Part shown: in pieces, positions 35,656-45,437 of the stretch | How positions within the stretch are numbered: position 1 is the stretch's first letter | Layout of the letters: the number at the start of each line of letters is the position of its first letter | Assembly (NCBI GenBank): GCA_964291215.2 | Contig: OZ219791.1 | Span: 1,824,001-1,888,000, forward strand | Direction of reading: 5' to 3' | Length of the DNA: 64,000 bases | Source: Alphaproteobacteria bacterium | GTDB lineage: Bacteria > Pseudomonadota > Alphaproteobacteria > MPNO01 > UBA830 | The notes under the pieces: generated by a model | The model's input: only the letters and a program-made list of their open reading frames with translations | Told to the model about the DNA's origin: nothing | Databases searched by the model: none | Made by a program: the position numbers and the translations under genes

Positions 35656-36648
35656 ATGCCCAAGTCCGAAAGACTCCCGACCGCGATCACCCGCCTGTTG
35701 GAGATCGACCACCCGGTGCTGCTCGCTCCCATGGGCGGAGTGGCGGGCGGCGCACTGGCCGGTGCGGTCTCTTCCGCCGGCGGGCTGGGGCTGATTGGCG
35801 CCGGTTATGCCGACCCCGCGCTCGGCTTTGGCTCGGATGGCTGGATCCGCGACGAGTTCGCCAAGGCAGGCAACCACTCTGTCGGCATCGGCTTTATCAC
35901 CTGGGCGCTCGACCGGCGTCCGGGCGCACTCGATGTCGCATTGGAATCCGAGCCGCACGCCGTCATGCTGTCCTTCGGCGACATAGCTCCGTACGCTGCG
36001 AAGATACGGGACGCTGGCGCCACCCTGATCTGTCAGGTCCAGACGCCGAGGGATGCACGGGAAGCGGCGGAGAAGGGTGCCGAGATCGTGGTTGCCCAGG
36101 GGACCGAGGCCGGCGGACACGGAGCTGACCGCGCAACGCTGCCGCTGGTGCCCGCAGTCGCAGATGTGGTGGCGCCGGTTCCGGTTGCCGCCGCCGGCGG
36201 TATCGCCGACGGGCGAGGTCTGGCCGCCGCGTTGATGCTGGGCGCGGAGGGCGCGATGATCGGGACCCGGTTCTGGGCGACCCCTGAGGCGCTGGGACAT
36301 GCGAACCAGAAGGCCCTGATCGAGCGGTCCGGTGGCGACGACACGCTGCGCACCAGGGTTTTCGATACGGCACGCGGCATAGTCTGGCCGGAATCCTGGA
36401 CCGGACGCGCCATCCGCAATGCCTTCGCCGAGACTTGGGACGGACGCGACGACGAATTGCGCGCTGAAGGTCCGGCGATGCGCGAACGCTTTTTCGCCGC
36501 ACAGCGCGAGGGCGTCATCGACATGGCCGTCACCTTTGCCGGTGAAGGGCTGGATCTGATCGCCGATCGGCCGGGCGCCGGCGCGCTGGTGGAGCGGATT
36601 GTGGCCGAAGCGGTCGTGGCGCTGGCCACGGCACCGAGGCCGGGATAA
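35656..36648 (+). CDS. Nitronate monooxygenase family flavoprotein
   Basis: LAPMGG, QGTEAGGH, AAGGIADGRG, GTRF. Confidence 0.92.
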   Translation: MPKSERLPTAITRLLEIDHPVLLAPMGGVAGGALAGAVSSAGGLGLIGAGYADPALGFGSDGWIRDEFAKAGNHSVGIGFITWALDRRPGALDVALESEPHAVMLSFGDIAPYAAKIRDAGATLICQVQTPRDAREAAEKGAEIVVAQGTEAGGHGADRATLPLVPAVADVVAPVPVAAAGGIADGRGLAAALMLGAEGAMIGTRFWATPEALGHANQKALIERSGGDDTLRTRVFDTARGIVWPESWTGRAIRNAFAETWDGRDDELRAEGPAMRERFFAAQREGVIDMAVTFAGEGLDLIADRPGAGALVERIVAEAVVALATAPRPG

Positions 36649-36779
36649 ACGGTCCAGGCCGCGAGACGGTCTCGACTTCCTTTTTTCCAACGCTGGGCAT
36701 TTCTTCGACCACCTGTTGATGCTGATCTTTGCGGCGATGGCTGCGTTGCGGCTGACTGGCGGCACTGTACCGACGGGCC

Positions 36780-36975
36780 CATCTCGCATCGGCGGCGACA
36801 TCACGAGCCTGAAAAGGTGATGCGGCGCCGCTCGCCCGATTTCGCCCACGCATCGTGGGCCCGCTACGGCGGAATTTTCCTGCACAGGATCAATGCACCC
36901 GTCACTCCGCTCGACGCCGTGCTCCAGTACAGGGAGCTGCTCATGGCGAAGTCGTTGTTCCGGGCAGCCAAGAGC
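36780..36975 (+). pseudogene. IS1634-like transposase fragment (preceded by an MFS N-terminal fragment at ~36660-36755)
   Basis: ARYGGIF..RINAPVTPLDAVLQYRELL...LFRAAKS. Confidence 0.5.
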
Positions 36976-36994
36976 CCGGCATTGGCCTTGGGGG

Positions 36995-37276
36995 TCAGGC
37001 GGTGGCGAACCTGCGGACCTTGACCGGCGTCCGGTTGTGCTGCGTGCGCCAGAGATCATATTGCATCTGCTGCACCAGCCAGCTCTCGGGGTTGCCGCCG
37101 AAGGCCTCGGACAGTCGGATCCCCATCTCCGGCGATATGCCGATTCGGCCGTTGAGCAGCATCGACAGCGTATTGCGTGATATTGAAAGACCCTTCGCGG
37201 CCTCGCTCACCGTCAGTCTGAGGGGTTCGAGGCACTGGCGCCGGATGAGCGTGACGGGGTGGGGCGGGTCGTGCAT
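36995..37276 (-). CDS. higA: HigA-family antitoxin
   Basis: [25 protein letters not shown]...FG...ESWL.QQ. Confidence 0.85.
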   Translation of the reverse strand: MHDPPHPVTLIRRQCLEPLRLTVSEAAKGLSISRNTLSMLLNGRIGISPEMGIRLSEAFGGNPESWLVQQMQYDLWRTQHNRTPVKVRRFATA

Positions 37277-37279
37277 GGG

Positions 37280-37573
37280 CGTTGGCTCCTGGTGGTAGTC
37301 CGGGCAGTCGACGCCAGCGGCGTGGCCGTTCTCGAAGCGGAAGACCACCCGCCAGTTGGCGCACACCGTGACCGCTCAGAACCCGGCATACTCGCCCCGG
37401 AGCGGGTGCAGCCGGAAACCGGGCAGGTCCATGTCGTCCGGCGCAGCCGATGCGTTGAGCCGCACGAGGATGTCGCGCACGGTCCCGCTGTGCTCGGGAC
37501 GGATGCGGCGCTCGTCACCGCGTTGCATGAGCCGCCTGAGCGCCCGGCTCCTGAAGCTCCGTATGATAGCCAA
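37280..37573 (-). pseudogene. higB: HigB (plasmid killer-type) toxin with premature stop
   Basis: [33 protein letters not shown]. Confidence 0.85.
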
Positions 37574-37931
37574 CCGAAATACGCATTATGGCATATGTCA
37601 AGATGGAGCGCGTCCATTGGCCGCGGTCTGGCAGGCGTTTCTCATGCTGTGTTTAATTTCAGACGTCCTGACCTCGGCTTTGATTTCTTCCAATCAGAGT
37701 GATGCTTCTGGGCCGAGTTTGCGTGCGTTGTCTGGCAGTTCGTAGATCATGCGGAGACCGGTTCCGGAGCTTCTTCACCGCCCGCTGCACGGTCGCGCGG
37801 CTCACGCCGCCTGCAGGTCTCTTTGAGGTTCCGATCTGGACGGCTTCAGGAGGGTGCATCGCGAGCGTGTTCATGGCCGGGGCCATCCAATTCCAAGCAT
37901 CATGGTATATCGTACCATCACGCGGCTACGT

Positions 37932-38056
37932 GTAAGCGTTCGGTCACGCGGTGACGACTGATTCTGGTCGATTCCGAGCCTTCTGACAATCTGCCGACAA
38001 AACGCATCCTTAACCGGTGACGATCGCCAACAATCACCCCGTGACCGAACGCTTAC
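37932..38056. mobile_element. 125-bp IS66-type MITE
   Basis: IR GTAAGCGTTCGGTCACG(C/G)GGTGA, 22/23 match; flanks GGCTACGT / GGGTACGT. Confidence 0.8.
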
Positions 38057-38124
38057 GGGTACGTTGTCAAGAAAAAACCGGGAAAATCGTTGATTGTGCT
38101 GGAAGAAAGCGGAGCCGGACCGAT

Positions 38125-39811
38125 CAAGTCAACTCACGAGGTCAGGACATCTGAATTTTGCTGTCTTCTGCTGTCCGGAGGTTTCACAGGTCCGACCCTG
38201 CCAGGTTTTCCGGCTTCGGGGCCGTCCGCGGTCGTCGCCGGCGGCGTTATCGGCGCGTGGGCGGGTTGTTTTCGGGATGTGGGCAGGATGTGGGCGGCGT
38301 CCGGGAATCGGCCGGACGTTATTGGCGCTCAGGGCTGCGACGGTTTCCCGGCGGTCGAGCCGCCACCGTGTTTCGGCGAGGCTCTCGCGTCGGTTGGCGA
38401 AGATCACCGCGAGCGCGATGTTGTCGAGTCTGGCGCGGTTTGCCGGTCAGGCAGGCGTCCTCGCCGAAGACGCAGTCTCGGTGGTTCATGTTTTCCGCGG
38501 CCCGGTGCCCGCGGCCGCAGCAGTCCCTCTGGCGACGCGTATTGCGCATCGAGCGAGGTGATGATGTACCGGTGCAGTCGTTGCCGCTCGCTGCGCCGCT
38601 GGCGCTCTTTCCCGGCGGCTTGCGGTAGCATGCGGGCGATCTGCCGGGGTAGTTGATCAGGTCCTCGAGCGGCACGTATCGAGCGCTGCTCGAGGCGGGC
38701 CTTGCCTCCCTGAAGCGGCCATCCGTCTCCCGGTCGATGCCGTCGAAGGTTTCGGGCGCCCTTGACCGGGAAGACGTGGTCTGCGCCGCAGCGCCGGGTT
38801 ATCAGCGTCGCCGGCGTCGTGCGGGTGATCACCTTGCCGCGGACATCGGTGCGCTTGAGGAGGTGGCCGCCAGCTCGCCGTCGTCGAAGTTCAACAGCGC
38901 GAAGGGTGCGCCGGAGGCGTGAGGGCCACGGTCTCATGGTCGCCGTTGCGGTTAGCGCCCGGGCGAGCCGGCGGCCGAGCACATCCTCGAGCGCCTCGGG
39001 ATCGATCGACTGCCCGGTGGAGGGTCGCCCTGGAGGGCGGCTCGCGCAGCTCCGTCCTCGGGTTCCGCCGATGGCCTCGAGCTCGTCCCGGGACAGCGAC
39101 CGCGCAAACCGCGCAGCTGCCTTTCATGTTCGCAAGCTCGGCGAGAACGTGAGCACACCGTGTGCTCCCTGCGCGGCGGAAGTCCTCGATCGCCGCCAGC
39201 TCGTCGTGCAGCGAACGCATCACTTCGGAACCCCGGGGAGCGAAGAGGCAGGCGGCGCCACCGCAGCGCCTGCGACAGCAGCCGTCGCGCCGCAGCGGCA
39301 CGATGAAAATCTCTTTGCCATGGGAGGTCGGTGCAGCGCCCGTTGGCGCGGGCAAACCCCCTGGCACGCCAGCCCGCCGCCTTGTGCCCGCAAAACGCTC
39401 CGGATCGCAGAACGTCTCCGCCACCTGGTGGCCGCAGGCCCGGTCGTCGGCCAGCCGCCGCGTCGCAAGAAAGAAGGAGGCAAGGTTCGGAAACGTTCCC
39501 GGCGCCGCACGCAGTCGCGTGTTGTCAGATCAAGCCACTGCTGCTCCGGCTTCCAGCCACCGGTCGCGCCACTTGAAGGCCCCGTCACGCCGCCAGACCA
39601 CTGCCCCCTGAAGGACGCAATATGGCGCAGCCTCGCCAGACAGCGAAACCCGAGATAGTCGTCCATCAACGCAGCGGACGCTCCTCGGGCTTCGCAAACC
39701 TCGGACAGACCCTTCCGGAGCTGCGACGTGAATCGGACAGGACGCGATGTACTTGTGAACCGACATTCCCGCACCATGACAACTCCAGTGCAGGAAAGCC
39801 AGCGAAAACTG
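38125..39811 (-). mobile_element. ISAs1-family transposase with N-terminal DUF4338 domain, eroded; probable left end at 42536
   Basis: YLGFR, AETFCDPERFAGT (DUF4338); YIITSL, RGH..EN, DCVFGEDAC (ISAs1); IR-like CAAGTCAACTCACG / CAGGGGAAACTCACG. Confidence 0.65.
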
Positions 39812-39812
39812 C

Positions 39813-41003
39813 CCCCCGTTCCATAGTGAAGTGCAACACATGATGGGCTGTGACCATGTGTTTTTAGACGCATGATGTTGCGGAGCGGTAGCGGCGAGAG
39901 TTCCTGTACAAGATGAAGGGAGCTTGTTCATGTCCAAAGGCTACCGTCACCTACGAAGAGCGATGCCAGATTGAGGCAGAAAAGCGGTCTTTCACAAGGT
40001 GCGATTGCTCGGCGGCTGGGCCGATCAACAATTTTCCGGGAGATCAAGCGCAACACCGGGGGACGGGGTTACCGTCACAAGCAGGCGCAAAGGATGGCAG
40101 AAACGCAGGGCCGCCTTGTCTGTTTCTTGGCGGTTGACGCCTCGGGCTGAAGCTCAGAAAAAGCTGCGGGAGGGCCCCGAGCAGCGGCCGTTTTCGACTG
40201 GAGGGCCGTGGGTTGGCAACGGATCCATGATCGCCGAAGATCGGAGAGCCGGGGCGTCTTGTGGAAGAAGCTTCGGCGGCGCGGCAAGAAGCCGAACTGG
40301 AAGGGCGGATGCCATTCCGGCCGGGTGGACATTTCCGAGCGCCCTGCGGAGGCAAAGGAACGGATCGGCGACTGGGAGCCATCATCGGCAAAGCTCACAG
40401 TGGAGCTGTCGTGTCGCTCGTGCCACGAAATACGCCTTGCTGGGTGGACAGAAAGACACGGTCAGTTCGGTCATGATCCGCCTGCTCGGCTCTGGTGCGC
40501 TATTGGTCCACACAATCACGTCAGACAACGGCAAGGAGTTCGCAGACCACAGGCGTGTCGCACTTGACGCAGATTTCTTCTTCGCCTTTCCATTCTTGGG
40601 AGCGCGGCTTGAATGAGCACACCAACGGCCTGGTGCGGGAGTACTTCCCGAAGGGCACGGACTTTCGCGCGACATGCAACGAAGATGTTCAGAAGGTGCG
40701 GCTCAACACTCGGAAAGTCCTGGGATCGCCGACGGAGGTAATCTTGAAGTGAAACCGCCCTGACCATCTGCGTTCCGCAGCCGCAACGTGCAGCAGGGTC
40801 CATGCCGCGCGACGGCGGAATAGTGGCTTGAAGCCGACAAAGGCGTTGCATAAGCTCGATGTTGAAGGAACTGAAGCTGTTCCCAGGCGGAATCGAGAGG
40901 GGCAGAGGGGGAAAATTTGTGCAACATCCGGCGCCCATCTCCGTTCGGGCTACGCCCTCACTGCGATGGGGGCCGGATGTTGCACTTCAGACTGGAAGTG
41001 GGG
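39813..41003 (+). mobile_element. IS30-family element copy 3 (eroded)
   Basis: Same IRs; TITSDNGKEFADH motif. Confidence 0.9.
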
Positions 41004-41065
41004 TGAAAAAAATCTCTCGCACCAACCCGCGCCCCCGCAAAACCCAGGTGCTGCCTTGAAAAATC

Positions 41066-42500
41066 GTATCTACTCACCCCTAGTTGGGTTCTGATTGGTC
41101 GTAGTGCTCGTTGATGATGCCTGCGGCTTTTCCGTCGAGGGCGATCTGGGTGGCGACGTGATGATTGTAGCCGAGTGCGGCCATGGAGGTGAGGTAGCTT
41201 GAGCCCCGGCACCATGCTTTTGCGTGGAGCGGAAGCATCCGGACACCTTGACCTTTGCCATCCTGATCTTCTGTTCTCCGGCATTGTTGGTGAAGCTGAC
41301 GTCGGGGTCGTCTGTGAAGCGCAGGTTTTCGTGTTTCACGAGACGTTCGTGCAGGTTGTGCGCGTTTGCGATGTGTTTTCCTTTCGGCGGGATGTCGGGC
41401 AGTTCCTTGGCGCCCTGATGGTGCGGTAGCGCACGGCCTCGTTCAGGGTCCTGGATGTGCTCTTGTTGATCTTGTGGCAGACCTCGCGGAGCAGGCTCTT
41501 CATCAGTCGCGCGGTAGCCTCGACGACGAAGGTAAGTTCGCGCAGCAGGTGGCTGCCGCTGGTGGCTACACTGCCATGTACGAGGCCCAGGACGCCCTTG
41601 TAGCACGGGCCGATCTCTTGCTTGCGGTGCGGGAACTTGCACGTCCCGACGACATGGAGCCACTTGCCGTTGATCCGAAATCATCGACATCGGGCGTTGC
41701 AGGAGGTGCGCCATGGCGGCCTCCTCCCATGACGCATCGTGAAAGCATGGCCGAGGCCTCGGAGAGCTTGATGCCGGAGATCGCCTGCACGAGCGCGACG
41801 GCGCAGGGACAGCATCTGGGCGACCAGCAGGTTGATGACGAGGGCTTGGATGCCGTACTGCACGGGATGTTGTCGGGGAACCGGCCCTTGCACTTCGGGC
41901 ATTCCTCGGCGTCGACGCGGCGCGACCTCGAACACGATGTCGTGCGGCGCTCGACGGGGTCGACGCCGTCGGCGCCGCAGGCGTCGCAAGCATCGACCGC
42001 GACCGTCTCCTCGACGATGGCAGGTTGTCGCCCATCTGCTGGTTCGGCTTCGGGCCGTTGCTCCCGGCACGCTCTTGTCCGTCTGTGACGGCGGCAGACC
42101 GGAGTTCCGGCTCGTGCGTGGTCTTCTCCAGAAGGACGACGATGAGGATGCCGAGCAGGAGGACGCGGATCACGGCCTCTTCCGCCACCTTGCCGGCAGC
42201 GTCGCGGTCTTGGCCGCTTCGAACTCCTCGCGCGCCGCCCGTCGCCATCACCCGGCCTTGCGCTTCATCAGCGCGCCGCTTCCGAGATGCGTTTCCACAT
42301 ACAGATCATGCGGGGGCTGGAGCCCCGGAAGCAGCTGGCACAGCCCGCTCGTCGCCTTCGATCCAAAGTAGCCCACTGGCGGTCCCCGTCGTTCTCGATT
42401 ACCACCACTAAACGAATCGGCCTGCAGTGTCAAATCTCCACGAAAACCCGTTCGTTACTCTACCCCGACATCAAGCCGGAACCAGGGGGTGAGCAGTTAC
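41066..42500 (-). mobile_element. IS66-family element copy 2, both ends present
   Basis: IRs GTAACTGCTCACCCC / GTATCTACTCACCCC; perfect 8-bp TSD GAAAAATC. Confidence 0.92.
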
Positions 42501-42559
42501 GAAAAATCAAACAGAATTTAGCGTGAGTTTCCCCTGACGGTCTGGATCTCCGTGCGCTC

Positions 42560-42710
42560 CGCCGCCTTGGCGGCATAATATCTTTGCGGCGCGCAATATG
42601 GTCCGGAGAGCCTCCGCTAGGCGATCCGCGGCTTCCGCGACTGCTTCGGTGGATGCGTCGCCATCTGTGAACGCCTCTTCGACGTCTGGGAAGGTGGCCG
42701 AAAGGCTGCC
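42560..42710 (-). pseudogene. HicB-like antitoxin fragment
   Basis: TFPDVEEAFTDGD...AVAEAAD.L. Confidence 0.5.
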
Positions 42711-42950
42711 TCATAGTACGCAGGCCGAACCTCTCCGATTGTGCCATGCAGTTGCAAGACACGAAACGGTTTACGACAACCTCTTCGGGTTCCTGTCCAT
42801 TGCTTGAACCCTTGCGGCTCGACCCGGCGACAACATTTGGCCCGTATTCGAGAATCCGGGTAGCATGGCGTATGCCGCTGCCATGGCGTTGAACCAGCGC
42901 CGGGCGGATTGATGGCTGCACGGCAGCGCCGGCGAGCGGGAACACGGGAG

Positions 42951-44120
42951 ATGCGCATGCAGAACACGGACAGAATCAGGACGACCCATGTTGGCAGCCT
43001 GGTCCGGCCGCCCCCATTCGTGGCGCTGCTGCGTCGGCAGAGCGAAGGCGAGCCCGTCGACGAGGCTGAGTTTGCGGACGCGCTGAACCGGGCGGTTGTT
43101 GATGTGGTTCGCCGACAGGCGGAGACCGGGCTGGACTTCATCAGCGATGGCGAATTCGGAAAATCGATCAGCTGGTCGCGATACGTGCTTGAGCGGATGA
43201 ACGGCTTCGAGCGGGCGGAGACCGACGACGCGCCGAACATGATGCCGGCAGCGGTGTTCGGCAAGGACCGCGAAGAGTTCGCCGAATTCTACGCCGAGTA
43301 CGACCAGACCCAGAATTTTGCCGGCATGCGCGGCTGGGTGGTGACCGGTCCGGTGACATATGGCGGGCACGACAGGATCCGACGCGACATCGACAATTTC
43401 AGGCAGGGAATGGACGGCCTCGACGGTATCTCCGGCTTCATGCCGGCCGTGTCGCCATCGAGCGTGGCTCCGGACCGTGACGACCGCTATTACGACCGGC
43501 CGGAGGATTGTCTTGCGGCGATCGCCGATGCGCTTCGCGACGAATATCGCGAAATCATCGACGGCGGATTTCTCCTGCAGGTCGACGACGCTTATTTCGC
43601 CAGCCTGTACGACATGATGCCCGGCCTGTCGGAATATCGGGACTGGGCCGCCAGCGCCGTCGAGGTCATCAATCACGCGCTTCGCGACATTCCTCCCGAG
43701 AAGACCCGGTTCCATGTCTGCTGGGGAAGCTGGAACGGCCCTCATGTCAGCGATGTAGAACTGAAGGACATGGTCGACCTCATGCTCCGCGTCAGGGTCG
43801 GCGGATACGCGATAGAAATGGCGAATCCCCGCCACGAACACGAGTGGGCCGTGTGGCGCGACATCGAGCTTCCGGATGACAGGGTCCTCATTCCCGGCGT
43901 CATCAGCCATGCCACCAACGTTGTCGAACACCCCGATCTGGTCGCTGAGCGAATCGTTCGGCTCGCCAATCTGGTGGGCCGGGAAAACGTGATTGCCGGC
44001 ACCGACTGCGGTTTTGCGCAGGGCCCGTTCACCAACCGGGTCCACCCCTCGATCCAGTGGGCAAAACTCCGGTCGCTCGTGGAAGGGGCCGATCGGGCGA
44101 CCAAGGTTCTCTGGGGCTGA
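42951..44120 (+). CDS. Cobalamin-independent methionine synthase II family (single-barrel MetE-like) protein
   Basis: TTHVGSL, SDGEF, HVCWG, IEMANPRH, TDCGF Zn ligands. Confidence 0.88.
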   Translation: MRMQNTDRIRTTHVGSLVRPPPFVALLRRQSEGEPVDEAEFADALNRAVVDVVRRQAETGLDFISDGEFGKSISWSRYVLERMNGFERAETDDAPNMMPAAVFGKDREEFAEFYAEYDQTQNFAGMRGWVVTGPVTYGGHDRIRRDIDNFRQGMDGLDGISGFMPAVSPSSVAPDRDDRYYDRPEDCLAAIADALRDEYREIIDGGFLLQVDDAYFASLYDMMPGLSEYRDWAASAVEVINHALRDIPPEKTRFHVCWGSWNGPHVSDVELKDMVDLMLRVRVGGYAIEMANPRHEHEWAVWRDIELPDDRVLIPGVISHATNVVEHPDLVAERIVRLANLVGRENVIAGTDCGFAQGPFTNRVHPSIQWAKLRSLVEGADRATKVLWG

Positions 44121-44154
44121 CCCAGCGATTCCGCGACACAAGGGGTACGAAACG

Positions 44155-45282
44155 ATGCGCGATACGTTGTTGCTGGTGGGGAGCGTCCCGCTCGACACTC
44201 CGGAGCAGGTCTTTCGAAGATTCGGGCCCGAGATTGGCGAATGGCTGTCCTATCTTCCCGATGGCGAGGTGGGGGAGCGCCGGTACTGGGTCGACGGAAT
44301 CGCTTACCGGGTCTTCAACGGCCACCCGGAGATCGAGACCATCCGGCGGCCTGCCCCGACCGCCGACGGCGTCGAGGAATGGCGGCCCCGGGGGGTGCAT
44401 GACACGTTCCAGTTCCGCGTGCGGCCGGGAACAGGGAGGGTTCGCTTCGGCGATCCGGGCTGGCGCCTCGGATATACCCGGGACGCGATCAACTCCTACT
44501 TCGTCTTCCGGCAGTTGCAAAAGGACGGGGTGGTGCCGGAGCACGTGCGGTTCCAGGTCTGCCTGCCCCTGACCTACAGCGCGGTCGGCAACTATTTTCC
44601 GGAAACCGGGGATCTGGAAAAGGTCGTTCCGGGGATGACGTCCGCCCTCTCCGCGGAAGTCTCCGAAATGCTCCACCACATCCCGGCGGGCAAGCTCGCC
44701 ATCCAGTGGGACCTTGCGATCGAGAACCGGTTCGTCGAAGAGCATCTGGCACGCGGCGACATCGAGGCGGCAAAGGCAGAGGTGCAGCGGCTCGCTCGGC
44801 CCGCGGCTGAGGTCTGTGCCGTGATCCCCGACGAAGCCCACGTGGGCTACCATTCCTGTTTCGGCACGCTGAACGGGTGGCCCACCCGGCAGCCGAAGGA
44901 CATGACAGGCACCGTGCTGCTGCTCAATGCGATGATGGAGGCGACCGCCAGATCCGTGGAGTTCCTTCACTTTCCGACCGCAGGACCAACGGATGACGGG
45001 TATTTTTCGCCGCTTCGCGACCTCGACGCTGGAGATGCCAGGATCTATGTCGGCGCCATCCATCACCTGCACGGTTCCGGAGGCATGCGCGCCCAGCTCG
45101 ATGTCATCAGATTCATGCTGCCCGAGTTCGGGCTGGCGGCGCCGTGCGGCTTTGGACGGACGCCCGAGCGGCCGGGCCGCTTGCTGACCGAAGAAGGCGA
45201 CGAGCCGCCGCCTGACATCTTGGGAACGATCATCGAGGATCACCGGGCCGCCGTTGCTCTGCACCGGCAGTTCCTGCAGTAG
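44155..45282 (+). CDS. Divergent MetE/UROD-like barrel protein
   Basis: LVGSVP, LPDGE, IQWD, HSCFG, PCGFGR. Confidence 0.7.
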   Translation: MRDTLLLVGSVPLDTPEQVFRRFGPEIGEWLSYLPDGEVGERRYWVDGIAYRVFNGHPEIETIRRPAPTADGVEEWRPRGVHDTFQFRVRPGTGRVRFGDPGWRLGYTRDAINSYFVFRQLQKDGVVPEHVRFQVCLPLTYSAVGNYFPETGDLEKVVPGMTSALSAEVSEMLHHIPAGKLAIQWDLAIENRFVEEHLARGDIEAAKAEVQRLARPAAEVCAVIPDEAHVGYHSCFGTLNGWPTRQPKDMTGTVLLLNAMMEATARSVEFLHFPTAGPTDDGYFSPLRDLDAGDARIYVGAIHHLHGSGGMRAQLDVIRFMLPEFGLAAPCGFGRTPERPGRLLTEEGDEPPPDILGTIIEDHRAAVALHRQFLQ

Positions 45283-45437
45283 GCGCCGATACCCGCGGCC
45301 GGGCGGTCCGGCGGGATCCGCGCCAAGCGAAGGCTGCGTTCCGGCCGCGTTGTTCCGCGCCGAGATGTGTTATCGTTGCACCGGTTCCCGGTATCCGGAC
45401 ATGTTCGCGGCCGCGGGACGCAAAGGGTGGCTGATGG

